Source: Naegleria gruberi
Lineage: Eukaryota
Strand: one strand, 5' to 3'
NCBI GenBank assembly: GCA_000004985.1
Contig: GG738936.1
DNA: 64,000 bases
The number at the start of each line of letters is the position of its first letter. Positions within the stretch are counted from its first letter, which is position 1. The translations under genes were made by a program, and so were the position numbers. Positions 31,760 to 43,724 of this stretch are shown here, piece by piece. The notes beneath the pieces are model-generated. The model worked only from the letters and a program-made list of their open reading frames with translations. It did no database searches and was not told the DNA's origin.

Positions 31760-34700
31760 TTAATTTAGAATGAGATTATCATTGGAAGGGGTTGAATTTT
31801 TACAATTCGTTTCAATCTTGATTGGATCATCAACAGATTTGTGTGCTGATATTTTGTTCTTTGAAATGGTCAATCTATCACATTCGTCACCATAAATAGC
31901 AAAACTACCATTGGCAGATATTTCATTATCAATAATATCAGCTTCAAATTGTCTAACTTTGACTCCCATATTAGAATTGTTAATAATCTTATTTTCCTTG
32001 ATGGTTGCATATGCTTTTTGAACAATAATACCATCACTATTCTCGGTTATTTCATTCTTTTCAATGATTGGATTTGATTGTTCAACAACAATTATGCCCT
32101 GTTTAGCACATCCAAATATTCTATTGCCTACAATTGAAGGTGTTGCACCTTGTCTTATTTCAATACCAGAATAGACATTGGAAAGAATTTCATTTCCTTG
32201 GAAAATGAGAGTATTATCAATATCCTTTCCCTTAATTGAAACACCACTCTGACGATTGGAGTATATTTGATTGTTTCTAATGGTTGGATTAGAGTTTCTG
32301 AGTTCAAGACCAGCATAGGCGTTTTCATAAATTCTATTCTTTTCAACAGTTCCTCTACTCTTGGTAGCAATCAAAATACCACAAATACCTCCCTTGTAAA
32401 TTTCATTCTCAATGATATCTATATTACATTCATTTGATACTTCGATACCAGCCATGGTATTATCAAATATTTGATTATGCATGAGAGTGGCTTTACATTG
32501 GGCATTCACAACAATACCTGCTGCTTTTTGGCCCATAATAACATTCTTGGTTATTTTCACATCTTTACATTCCTTGAAGAGTTGAATACCTGAACTTTCA
32601 TTTCTGATAATTTCATTTTCTTGAACTGTTCCTGTAGATTGAATCATTAGCAGAGATTTCTTCTTTGAACCAGTGATGAGATTGTTAGTAATCTTGAGTT
32701 GAGATTTTTCAGCAACAATAGCATTTTCGTTCATAACAAATTTGCTGTTATGAATAAAAGCTTGAGAAGATCTAATTTCACAAGCAATACCTTCAGATTC
32801 TCTGAATTCAGAATTGACAATTTTGAGACTGGAATTTCTGGTTGCTATTGTGGAAAATCGGCTGAATTTACAATTCCTAATTTCACATTCAGCTCCATCA
32901 TCAAGTCTGATATGTAAGCCTTGTGATTTTGGATTTCCTCCATTTTGTTGAGGTGTAACAACAACATCAGCACTTTTTGCTTCCTTTGTTGCCTTGAAGA
33001 AAATATTCTCGAATATAATGTTAGAGCCAGCCTCTAACATGATACTACCAGCTTCTCCAAGTGTAATGATTGGATAAAGTATGTGAGCTTGTTTTTCCGA
33101 TTCTTCTCCAATGATATGTATCAGCTTATGGTTCATTTTGGTATTAATTCTAATTTTTTCATTACTATAAAGACCCATTCGCACTTGAATGGTAATCTTT
33201 TGTTTGAATGAATTGGAATTGTCAGAGTTTGATATTGGAACTGGTGTTTGTTTCATATTGACAATATGGTTGAGGGCTTCTGTAATGGAGCTGAAATCTC
33301 CCTTTCCTGTATAGTCAACTACAAATATATTGTCCATAGAGGTCTTTTGTTCAACAACAATTTCTTGTTCACTCTCATTCGATTCAATCATTGGAGTTGA
33401 TTCATCACTTGGTGGTTTTGAGGCAGTATTTGAGGCAACAGTTACATATCTTGGATGCTTACGAATAGACTTCAAAGGGCCATAAGGAGTTTCATCTCCA
33501 TTCAAGAAAACTTCAGCGAATGATTTCAAACATTTCCAATATTGGGCATGTTGAATAATTACTTGTCTGATAGCAACATTGGTGGCCTTTGATGGTGGTT
33601 TGATAGAAATTGGAGATGGAGGCAAGTTCAATAAACTTCTCAGAGAAGCAGTTGCACATGATGCTGTTACATCTGTCTTATATCCACCTTCGAGAGCTAA
33701 AACAATTTTACCACCTGCCAATTGTTTTAACATACCAATAATATGTTCATATCCACTTGGTGTTAAGGACATTCTTCTTCCCAAAATATCACCCTTGGCA
33801 GCATCAAAACCAGCTGACACAATGACCAAGTCAGGTGCAAACTCTGTACAAACAGGAATAATCAATTGTCTGAAAATGGCAATATAATCAGAATCACCAA
33901 AGGTAGCAGTGGATGGTATCTTATAGTCTTTTGGAGGGAGAGGTATGTTCAATGTGTAACCTTCACCCTTTCCGATACCAACTTCTTCTAATGAACCAGT
34001 TCCAGGGAAATAATTTTGCTCGAATCTGTGAATGGAAACATAGAGAATAGATGGATCATCCTCAAAAATTTCCTGTGTACCATTACCGTGGTGAATGTCA
34101 AAGTCAATGATGGCTACTCTACCAACAGATTTGAATTGTTGAGCTACACGAGCTGCTACAGCAGCATTGTTAAAGAAACAGAATCCCATTGGATCTTCTG
34201 TTTGAGCATGGTGACCAGGTGGACGTACAATAGCCATTCCGTTTTCCAATTCTCCATTCAATACCTTCTCAGTTAGTTTAATTACACCACCTGCTGCTAA
34301 TCTTGCTGCTTTAAGACTGAATTGATTAATTTGGATATCATGCTCGTTATCTTGCACGATACCTCTCAATAAATTATGGTTTGAAGTTGTAGGATTGAAT
34401 TGTCCTTTAAATTCAAAGAAATCATCAATATATTTTTCTGTATGGACCAGAGCAAGTTCTTGTTGTGTCACTTCTCTTGACTTCATAATTTCACATTCAT
34501 CCAACAAGTTGTGTTCTTGAATCATATTCCAAATATGACTAATACGAACTGGTGTTTCTGGTATTGGACCATCATGAAGACACATTCTAGCATCATATAA
34601 TAATCCTGTTTTCTTTGGTTGATATTTTTCATTGAGGGATTGATTTTGAGTTGATAATTCAATAGGCCCCAACACTATGGAAGATTTTTCAGTGGTTAAA

Positions 34701-35866
34701 TTATTCAATTTGTCAGAGTCAATGATTGTTATCAAGTGCTTGTTCTTTTCCACAAATTCTAAAGTATTTTGTCTTCCGTTCAAGAATGAGTCCATGTCTA
34801 CAATCTTTTCATCTTCGTTTTGTGCAGTTGGATTATTTTCAACCAGTAAAACTTTTGAATTATTTTTTCCAATTACAACTCTATCACAATATGTTTTCAA
34901 TTGATCAGATGAATCCAAATTCACAAAAATATTCTTTTTGGTGTTGGATGCAATTATAGACTCTAGAGATCCATCATTATCCTCTAATTTTCTCTTTTTC
35001 GATGAAGAATCTAATGAGTTCGAGCCTTCTGGATCTGAAGATTTCTTTGAATTATTTTCCTCAACGAATGGGTATGGAGCTAATTTCCAATCTCTGGCAC
35101 AATCATATAACCAATTCTTATCTACACGCTTAATTCCCCATTTGATCGATGTATCATATTTGGCACCAGCTGCAACTTTGTAAAGTAAATGAGTATTTTC
35201 CTGTGTCATATTACTGGAATATTTGCTTCCCATTGCTGCTATTAAATATTGCAATCTTGTTTTTTCTTTCTTTGGAAAACCAGATAAGGTAAAGTTCTGA
35301 AAAAGGAATGTAAAAAATATTAGTGCTATTGAATTATACTTACAAATCCTTCCATATCTGTAATTGGATAATCTTTCACGGGATAGTGGAGTGGATTTTG
35401 AATTTTCCTTCCAAATTTCTCAGTAATTACTAGAGGTTGAACACCATGAACAAGCATACAATCATCGAGCCAAAAACTAGTTACAATCGTTTTCTTTTCT
35501 TCGAGTGCCTTTGAAAATAAGCCACTAAACGTGTCACAATCTCAACTACTTACTCTATAGAAATTTTCTCCTCTCTGAACACTTGCCATCAAGTGTGTAA
35601 TATTACTCTTATACATGGTCACAACTTGTCCACCAAGTTTTTTGATAATTTCCCTGTAGAGTTCGGCCTCAGCTTCCTCATGTGTAAGTGGATCCACAAA
35701 GAATGTGCACCCTTCGAGAAATTCTGGCACATCTTCCATGTTTAGACCTGCAGCTGCGATTGGATTGGTAGTTCTGGTTTGTGGACGTTGTCTTCCTATC
35801 ATAATAATTAATGATCCAAGAAATAAGACCAACTTGCCAATGACATTAAAACAACTTACTTGACAT
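31760..35866 (-). CDS. Multidomain protein of about 1316 aa in 5 exons: two BRCT domains, a class II histone deacetylase domain and C-terminal parallel beta-helix (PbH1/CASH-like) repeats.
   Basis: Hand-spliced exons are 35860..35866 (ATGTCAA), 35554..35795, 35344..35508 and 31760..35296. The introns are 64, 45 and 47 nt, all with GTAAGT donors, and the phases are consistent. BRCT 1 reads FLEGCTFFVDP...ITHLMASVQRGENFYR...ALEEKKTIVTSFWLDDCM. BRCT 2 reads LSGFPKKEKTRLQYLIAAMGSKYS...WLYDCARDWKL. The HDAC domain carries RPPGHHAQ, IIDFDIHHGNGTQEIF and YVSIHRFE. The C-terminal third consists of repeated N.I..N...GI.. beta-helix units. Confidence 0.75.
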
Positions 35867-36252
35867 TTTCGGGGAAGAATAAATTAAAGTTGTTTGTTTA
35901 GGGAGATTTAAATAGATATATAAAATCTATTGAAAAGATAATTAATAGACGATATTAAATGTTTTGGTGTTCAGCAAGGCTTTTTAAAGTCTTGCACAAT
36001 TTACCAACAAAATTTGATTCGGAAGATTGAACGATTTTAATATTAAAAACACACTAATAAGCGATAAGATTTAATTCTCAACAATCTGCTTCACAACGAC
36101 TAATGTAAAGGCAAAATAATATTGAGAGTAAAAATCAACCAAGGGAATCGATAAATATGAACTCCTTGATGTTCGGTGTATTTTTTTTCTAACTTGCAAC
36201 ACATGTCGGATTTGAACAGCAGGCATATGTTGATTTATTATGACACAATTCA

Positions 36253-37335
36253 TTACAGCTCATCACAAAACCATGAATCATCTAACATGATTGGTTCTTG
36301 TTTTCTTGGTTTTACCAGTTGTGATGCCTTGTCATCTAGAATATTTTGAAGGAATTTTTGTGAGGTTGATTTGGTTTTGGATGGTTTTTCAATTTTTGGA
36401 ATTTTAACATGTGGCCGTATCTCTAATTTTTCAATTAATTCTGGCTCATATACTTGTTTTCTCTCTAAAGTATCTAAGTGAAGCTTAATTTCATCAATTT
36501 TATGCTCGCAATCTTGTACACATTTTGTTATGGATTGAGATGATTCAAAGCTAGCTTTCTTGACATCTGCAAAATTCGAAGAAATGTCATGAGTCATCTC
36601 CACAACTATTGATGATAATATTGAAAATGATATTATTCTAATGTACTTACTCTTATCACTTAACATTGAATATTGTTCCTCTATCATGAATTGATGTTTT
36701 TCCAATACGGATTCTATACTGTCCATCTTTTTCATCAAATTTATCATCACACTAGAAAGCTCTTCTTGCATTTCGTTCTGCTTTTGTTGGACTGATGCCA
36801 CTTTTTCTTCTAAGTTTTGAAATTTGAGTGTAAACCATTCCTTGTCAATTGTTGACGAAAGAGAAAGGCTTGATTTGGACTTTATCAAGAAGTTATCAAG
36901 ATTATTTTGATGAGGAACACCAGTGGCATTTTGTGATGATTGTTTGTTTGAGTCAGTGGAAGGAGGTATCGGAGCGAAGGGAATGTTATTAGAAGAACCT
37001 GAAGGATTCGTCATTGAGATGAAGAATGATGATGGAGAAAGTACATCTTTTTGTGATCCGGATTGGGATGATTGCTTTTGTTTCCCTCCACTGAAAATAT
37101 CCATTAATTGAGCAACATTCCTCTTACTATCAGATTAATGTATCAAATAGATGAATAATATTATTCTAATGTAAACTAACCTTCCGTTACTAGGTGATGA
37201 AGATAATAGCCTATTACTGTACAATGTATTATTACTTTGAGAGGGTCTTAATGCTAACAAATTTGTAGCCTGAGAATTGAATGATCCTTGAGTTTGAGAA
37301 GAAAAATATTGTTCTAGTGGTGATTGTTGAGACAT
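36253..37335 (-). CDS. Coiled-coil protein of unknown function (2-3 exons).
   Basis: Exon 1 is about 37170..37335 (MSQQSPLEQYFSS...SPSNG). A GTTAGT donor and a GATAG acceptor (phase 2) join it to the 36253..37104 ORF. That ORF has Q/S-rich low complexity followed by long heptad helices. A 45-nt in-frame GTAAGT...AATAG element at about 36607..36651 may be an additional intron. Confidence 0.45.
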
Positions 37336-37653
37336 TTTTTAAATAACTTAGCCTTAGTTGACTTGGTAAATTTTTCCCGCCTTAATTTTACATTTTTTCT
37401 TTTTTGCTCACAAAACACGATCATTACCTCTTCATCTTTAAGATTAGTAGATTCATCATAAGAAGATAATCATCAAAATCTACAAAAGGAGTGACAAGTA
37501 ATTATAAATTAATGGAGATGACATTGTAAAGTCTTTGTGTTCATATCGAAATTGAAATGAATAAACAACTTTCCCACATAAAAATAGTCCCAACCAACAT
37601 CACAGCCTAATACACACCATATCATCGTCATTGAGAACAAGAGGAGTGTTTTT

Positions 37654-40566
37654 ATGTCATCATTACCAACATCCATTGTTGCCTCTTCTCATCATGGAAT
37701 AATTACTAATAGTAATCATTTGCAAGGCAAAAAAGCAACCACAAATTTATCTTGTTTAACTACAAGTCTATTGTTGGATAGAACCCACAATCATCACCAA
37801 CATGAAGAACAACAAATAATAATCGGAAGTAGTAGTACAGACAATGGTAGTGATGATAGGATATTAGAGAGTAATTGTAGTAATAATTATATAGTAGGAA
37901 AAGAAGAGGATGAAATTAAAGTGGAAACATCAACTTTAGATAATCATTGTTCTACAACAAAGGGAGAAAAAACACCAGTATCTCCTGCTAATGAAACAGA
38001 AGAACAGAATGTTGACAATACTCTCGAATCACTTTGTATTGAATACTTGATGAAGAATATCGAAAACTTTTCAAAGCCTCCTTCGAGTGTGGTCGATAAT
38101 AATTATTATGAATTTCTTGAAAAGGTTGAAGCTAAACTTGGCAATCAACAAGCACCACCACAAACTAATGGTTCTTCTGCAGCTTCCTATAAGCATTTAT
38201 TAAAACAAAGAGCAAGAAGTTCTTCAATTGGAAAAGTTGGTGGTGGAGGTGGAAATATTACAAATTATTTGCCAGCAACATTTGTGATGAGTCAACAAGC
38301 ATCGGAAGAGGTTTATCCATTTCCACAAGCTGTTTCTCAATTAATTGTGAATGGATTGTGTACCTCTAAACAAATTAGTCTTCCACTTTTAATCAAGTTG
38401 AGATATTCTGGGTTATCGAATTTGAATTTATCTTTGAATGGACGTGTTCATGATGATTGGATGATGTTATTGAGAGAAATACCTTTGGAAACTTTAAATT
38501 TATCACATTGTTTAATCACTAATCAAAGTTTATATTATGTGAAAGGAAAGAAACATATTATACCATGCCCAGAAAATGAGACGAATAATGAAAGGGGTTC
38601 TCCTACACTTCCTGAAGAGTCTGAATCTGAATCTGAAAGTGATTCTGAAGAAACACAAAAGAAGAGTGTTACTTTTTCTTTTGATTCAAATCCAAACAGA
38701 AAACCTCCTAAAAAGAAAAAGAAAAAGATAGTAGGGACTAGTTCTGTCTCCACGCCTCACAAGAGAGTACCTTCTGCTGATAGTAATGGTTCAGATAAGG
38801 ATAACGATAAGAAAAAGAAGAGTGGACCAAAGAGTACAACTTCTAGTGGTTCTGGTGGAAGTGGCTCATCTTCTAAAAAGAGAAAAGATGGTTCCATTCA
38901 AGTCACCACACCTTATACTCTTTCCCGAACACTCAAGTCATTGAATATGTCAAATATTCATGAAATTACGCATGATTCATTCAAGTTGATTCCTCAACTA
39001 TTCCCAAATCTTACAGCTTTGTCATTTGAGGGATGTAGTAACTTTACTAACAAATGCTTGGAACATATTTGCGGAAAAGTTCACAAATCTGAGGGAACCG
39101 TTCAAGAAAGTTCCAGTGTCAAACAATTGAGAAGAAACCTTAAAAAACTCAATTTGAAAAAGACGAAAATATCTGATGCTGGTGTCAGAAATTTACAAAG
39201 TCTAATCAACTTGGAATATTTAAATTTATCCGAGAATAAGCAATTGACGAACCATTGCCTAAAATTCTTGAAAGATTTAAAGTTTCTTTCATTCATAGCC
39301 ATTGATGGCAATGAAAGAATGACAGAGGATGGGTTGAGCTATTATCTCGGAGATGGAATAACCGGAATTTCAATTTCTGGAACATATATGGGTGATAACC
39401 CAGAACATTTTGCAAATTTTCCAAAGCTTAACTATTGGAATGCTTCAAATACCAATATTCACTCTCTGCAGAACAATGTTAAAAATTCATTTGCCTTCAA
39501 TAATCTCAGTGTGCTTAATCTATCTCACTGCAAGCTACTGGATGATAATTCTATGAAGAAATTTTTTGAAAGTTTGAATTGCCTATGCGAGGTGAATATT
39601 TCGAGCACTTTCCTTGATGATGAAGCTGTTAGTGGTCTATTGTCTTCAAAGAGTACTCTTAAAATTTTACATATCAACAACTGTGTACATATAACTGATC
39701 TTACCTTCGAGCATATTCTTCCATCCTTCAATATCATTACCGAGCTAGGTTTAAGGCAGATGAAGCACATCACTTATGCCAATGGATGGTGTCATTTATT
39801 CTCTGCTGACTTGCCAAAGGTAGAAAAACTATATTTGACTGCTAGTTTTATTAACCAAAGGTCTGATCAAGTGGAGCAAGAAGGATTTAAGGAAGCATTT
39901 GCAAATATTTGCAAAAATTTGAAAATATTGGATTTAAGTTGTAATTTGAAAGGAATAGATGATGAAAATATTTCAGAGGCTATCTCTGCAATGACCAATT
40001 TGGAGTGGATAGATTTTTCGCATTGTGATAGAATTTCCTCAAAAACTGTTGAAAATATTGCCAAACACTGTTTTAGACACTTGACTCACTTTGCTATTAG
40101 TTATTGCAAGAAGGTAGATGGAGCAAGTATTCCACTATTAAGGTCCTGCAAAAGCCTTGAAGTATTGTACCTATCAGGTATCAATATTCTTCCACAACAG
40201 TTTGCCAAACTTGCTACTTTGGAGAATATTTCTGACTTGAGTGTGATGGATTGTAAAAAGTTGGAGCAAAGGGATGGTTGTACCGAATTCTTGTACATAC
40301 TAAGCAACCAATGTAAATTCAAAAACAAATTACTCATGCTAAATTTGTATGGCCTTTACATTTATGAAGATTCTTTGGGATTTTTAGTTAGTTTGGATAA
40401 TTTAGTCACACTAAGATTGTCAACTCATGAAGAGCTTGAGGACCTGGGAGCTTTGTACGATCTACACAATCTGGTCTATTTGAAAACCAATGTTCTACAA
40501 TCCAAATCTCTTCAACAAGATTACAAAGCCTCCAAAGGATTCAACAGAGAAGTTTTCTCAATTTAA
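37654..40566 (+). CDS. Leucine-rich-repeat protein with cysteine-containing (RNI/AMN1-like) LRRs and an acidic/Ser-rich N-terminal half.
   Basis: A 970-aa ORF with a verified ATG. The middle is low-complexity (SESESESDSEE, poly-K, GSGGSGS). The C-terminal 500 aa are LRR_cc-type repeats (LNLSHCKLLDD, INNCVHITDLTFEHI, DFSHCDRISSKTVENIAKHC, ISYCKKVDGASIPLL). Confidence 0.6.
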   Translation: MSSLPTSIVASSHHGIITNSNHLQGKKATTNLSCLTTSLLLDRTHNHHQHEEQQIIIGSSSTDNGSDDRILESNCSNNYIVGKEEDEIKVETSTLDNHCSTTKGEKTPVSPANETEEQNVDNTLESLCIEYLMKNIENFSKPPSSVVDNNYYEFLEKVEAKLGNQQAPPQTNGSSAASYKHLLKQRARSSSIGKVGGGGGNITNYLPATFVMSQQASEEVYPFPQAVSQLIVNGLCTSKQISLPLLIKLRYSGLSNLNLSLNGRVHDDWMMLLREIPLETLNLSHCLITNQSLYYVKGKKHIIPCPENETNNERGSPTLPEESESESESDSEETQKKSVTFSFDSNPNRKPPKKKKKKIVGTSSVSTPHKRVPSADSNGSDKDNDKKKKSGPKSTTSSGSGGSGSSSKKRKDGSIQVTTPYTLSRTLKSLNMSNIHEITHDSFKLIPQLFPNLTALSFEGCSNFTNKCLEHICGKVHKSEGTVQESSSVKQLRRNLKKLNLKKTKISDAGVRNLQSLINLEYLNLSENKQLTNHCLKFLKDLKFLSFIAIDGNERMTEDGLSYYLGDGITGISISGTYMGDNPEHFANFPKLNYWNASNTNIHSLQNNVKNSFAFNNLSVLNLSHCKLLDDNSMKKFFESLNCLCEVNISSTFLDDEAVSGLLSSKSTLKILHINNCVHITDLTFEHILPSFNIITELGLRQMKHITYANGWCHLFSADLPKVEKLYLTASFINQRSDQVEQEGFKEAFANICKNLKILDLSCNLKGIDDENISEAISAMTNLEWIDFSHCDRISSKTVENIAKHCFRHLTHFAISYCKKVDGASIPLLRSCKSLEVLYLSGINILPQQFAKLATLENISDLSVMDCKKLEQRDGCTEFLYILSNQCKFKNKLLMLNLYGLYIYEDSLGFLVSLDNLVTLRLSTHEELEDLGALYDLHNLVYLKTNVLQSKSLQQDYKASKGFNREVFSI

Positions 40567-40630
40567 TTATTGAGAAGTTTCTACATTAATTAAAAATGTT
40601 TATTCGGTACAGCTAATAATCTTTGTCACT

Positions 40631-41599
40631 TTAATTGATGAACATCATAAAGACAATAAGAAGCAAGCTCCAAAACACATTCTCAACCCTCCACGTGGAT
40701 ACTGAACTAGATTGGAACTGATTAGTGATAAATGTTCCAAACCTCAACTCATCACCGAATAGAATTACTTTACATGTTGCACATGAAGATTTGTGATATC
40801 TAACCCAAACATAGAGGTCCAAAGCATCAGCAACAAATGCATGAGCTGTCTTATTAAGAATCATATTCCATGCGTCATCATAACCTGGAATGGATTTGAT
40901 TGTTGCCTTTGGTAGTTGTTGTTGAGCATAGCTTTGAAAGACTGAACCATCCGAAACTACAACTATTATATTTTCATTATTCAGATCAGTTACACTTTTG
41001 ATTGAGACGGTATCATTTTGAAGTTCGCTTCTTAAAACTCCGGAATAACTAACACCATTAGGACCTTAGAAACATTAGAATAGTTTGCAAAATATTCTAA
41101 ACTTACATTGAAAATGAACTTGGGAAGGTCTATCTCCACTGATGGCCGTAGCACTTAAAGAAACATCACAAATTCCAGTATCAACTGCATTCTTCATAAC
41201 ACTGAAATATCCTGCAGTAGTGTCAAGTGTCTTGAATACAGCAGTCAAGTTATCCAATTTATATTGCTGTTTAATTTCATTAACCAATAACTCCCCACTC
41301 TTTCGATAAATAGCTGGCCAAATATCAAATGCTTCATTATCATAACAAAGTGTTAAATAATTTCTTGACAATTCAAATTTTGATGGATACTGAGGGAGAC
41401 TTGTACAACCTGGAGTTTGTAAGTAAATTCCAAAAGAATCCAAAGTTTGTCTCCATTCTTTTGAGGCAATATATCTCGATGATGCTGCATCAATAACATC
41501 AACTAGATTTTTTGAGATTGTGAGAGAGTCCATAACTCTGACTAGAAAGATGATAATTGTTATCGTGATGATGAAGAGTGAGATTTCAAGTTGTTTCAT
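40631..41599 (-). CDS. Secreted protein with a bacterial-type extracellular solute-binding family-3 (PBPb/SBP_bac_3) domain (2 exons) and a C-terminal hydrophobic anchor.
   Basis: Exon 1 is about 41099..41599 and exon 2 is 40631..about 41056, with a 42-nt GTAAGT...CTAAG intron. The signal peptide is MKQLEISLFIITITIIIFLV. The domain aligns in pattern with HisJ/LAO-binding proteins (GICDVSLSATAISGDRPSQVHFQ against IDAIMSSLSITEKRQQEIAFT; AHAFVADALDLY against IDAAFQDEVAAS). The C-terminal VENVFWSLLLIVFMMFIN suggests a GPI anchor or TM. Confidence 0.55.
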
Positions 41600-42020
41600 T
41601 TTTTATGTGTTTGGAATGCTATCAAGAAAGGCCGAAGATTTAATAGAGATGAACGACTTTCCTTAATTGGTATTTCGTATATAATACTGGTTAATTGTGA
41701 GACGAGTGCCGAAATGCAGAATCACTCTATAGGGAGTGAGTAGACTTTAATGTATCGTTTCATTCATTCATTAGGAGAAGAAGGAAACAACATGCCCTCT
41801 TCCCACATCTAACCAACCATATTCGTATCTTTTGGTTTCGTACTGAGCTTGAATATGTATTTAAAAGTTAACAATCAATTTTTGCAATCATAAACAATGC
41901 TACAGTATATATTTGATTTAGAAACTTGAATTTTTGTTAACATTGTTGTAATAGCATGGTTTCTTTTGGCGCCAAAATGCCACAAAATCTTTTGCCAAAT
42001 AGGCTAAATAATTCAAAAAA

Positions 42021-43724
42021 ATGTCCAACAATGTTATTAGTGATGATGAGGGCAATTTCATCAGAGAGTGTACTCAGCTTGGACTCTCATCGTCTTTGAA
42101 ATTACAACAAGAAAAATCCAAGCAAAGACAAGAGGAATTAAAGTTACAAATTGAACTTTGCAAATTAAATTCATTCATGGATGAAGCCAACATTAAGAAA
42201 CGTAAGCTAGAAGAATCTTGTCTTCAGATTGTTTCCGATAGTAAAGTGCAGAAAACAATTAGAAAGACAGAAATTTGTGATGATGTTATTGGTAAAATAT
42301 TAGAATATCTTCACAGAGACCTTGAACTTTTCAAATATTTGGGTGTTTCTAAACAATTCCAAAGAATTATTCTTGAAAAATCAAAACATTTGATAATAGA
42401 GTTTGAGAGAAAGATATTCCCTCCATATCAATTGCCAAATGTTGAGTCTCTGACTTTTTTTAGTGACTTTGAGCACAAAGAACAAAATCAATTTATAACT
42501 AAATGTGTAAACATTAAGCATCTTTTTATTGAGAGAATGGATTTTAAAAATGATGGACCAGGTGATAACACTGTTGATTTCAAGTTCAAGAAACCATCTA
42601 TAGAATCAATAGTTATTAACGTGTCTCACAATCATTTTGTTTTGAGAGATCGAAATCTATTTAATTTAAAAAAACTTGAAATGTGGGAGCCATACGCAAT
42701 TGATATGGATAATGTTATCAATAATTATACATACACTTTACAAATACTGTCGTTGAAAGAGTTGAGGAAAGTCGATATTACTCCAATCTTAAACTTACCA
42801 CTTCTATGCAGTCTAGAATTGGAAGGACTGAATGAAAATCAAGTAATTTCTATTTTAAACACATCGAAGAAATTGGAAATACTTAAAGTCGATATTGATG
42901 AAGCACCTTCTGTTATTGGTTTAATTGAACCTGACACTAAATCTATTTTAAATTTGAAATATCTCAACGTAAGCAATGGATATTCAAATTTTACTGGTAA
43001 ATTATGGAAATATAATTTTTCAAATTTGAAAGCTCTGAAGATTGATGTATTCAATGATGATTGGAAATTTTTCTCCACCAATAATACTTTCAGTAATTTA
43101 GAAATTTTTAAATATGAGAGTTATTCAAATGAGTCTGTAACAGCAAATCTGGGAAAATGCAAAAACTTGAAAAATTTGAAACATTTATCTCTACATTTTT
43201 TTGAAACTGCTTGTTTAGATTATGGTATTTTTCAAAAACAGAAGTTCAAGCATTTGAAATCATTATTGATTTGTGGATGTAGAAGCTCATTTATTTGTAA
43301 CTTGGCTCAAATTGAAGATTTGAATAATTTAAAGATATTACGTGTAATCATAGACAATGAAACTGATCTGATTAATTTGACCAAATCAAATGTGTTTGCA
43401 ATGTTGAAATATTTGGGAATTAGATATGATCATGCATATCCACAAGAATTTTTCGAGAATCTGAGCTCCAACTTTAAACAACTGGTTGAATTGGATTGTG
43501 GATTCAAAAACTACGAAGAGATTGAGTTATTAAGAAAATATCATCCAATCAATTTACGTATCATTACAATTAACAAGAATGAAATGCAAAGTTTGGGTTA
43601 CAAAATATTATCAAATTGGAAAGAAATTGCATGGAAAGACAAACCGATTAAGTCATATATTGACCACAAATTAGAAAAAATTGAAAGCACAATAGCCTCA
43701 CAAATTTTGAGTAGAGATTTTTAA
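42021..43724 (+). CDS. F-box-like plus leucine-rich-repeat protein.
   Basis: A 567-aa ORF with a verified ATG. An F-box-like segment (ICDDVIGKILEYLHRDLELFKYLGVSKQFQRII) lies at residues 85-120. Irregular LRR-like repeats follow (LKKLEM, LKVDIDE, LKALKID, LKHLSLHF). Confidence 0.5.
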   Translation: MSNNVISDDEGNFIRECTQLGLSSSLKLQQEKSKQRQEELKLQIELCKLNSFMDEANIKKRKLEESCLQIVSDSKVQKTIRKTEICDDVIGKILEYLHRDLELFKYLGVSKQFQRIILEKSKHLIIEFERKIFPPYQLPNVESLTFFSDFEHKEQNQFITKCVNIKHLFIERMDFKNDGPGDNTVDFKFKKPSIESIVINVSHNHFVLRDRNLFNLKKLEMWEPYAIDMDNVINNYTYTLQILSLKELRKVDITPILNLPLLCSLELEGLNENQVISILNTSKKLEILKVDIDEAPSVIGLIEPDTKSILNLKYLNVSNGYSNFTGKLWKYNFSNLKALKIDVFNDDWKFFSTNNTFSNLEIFKYESYSNESVTANLGKCKNLKNLKHLSLHFFETACLDYGIFQKQKFKHLKSLLICGCRSSFICNLAQIEDLNNLKILRVIIDNETDLINLTKSNVFAMLKYLGIRYDHAYPQEFFENLSSNFKQLVELDCGFKNYEEIELLRKYHPINLRIITINKNEMQSLGYKILSNWKEIAWKDKPIKSYIDHKLEKIESTIASQILSRDF

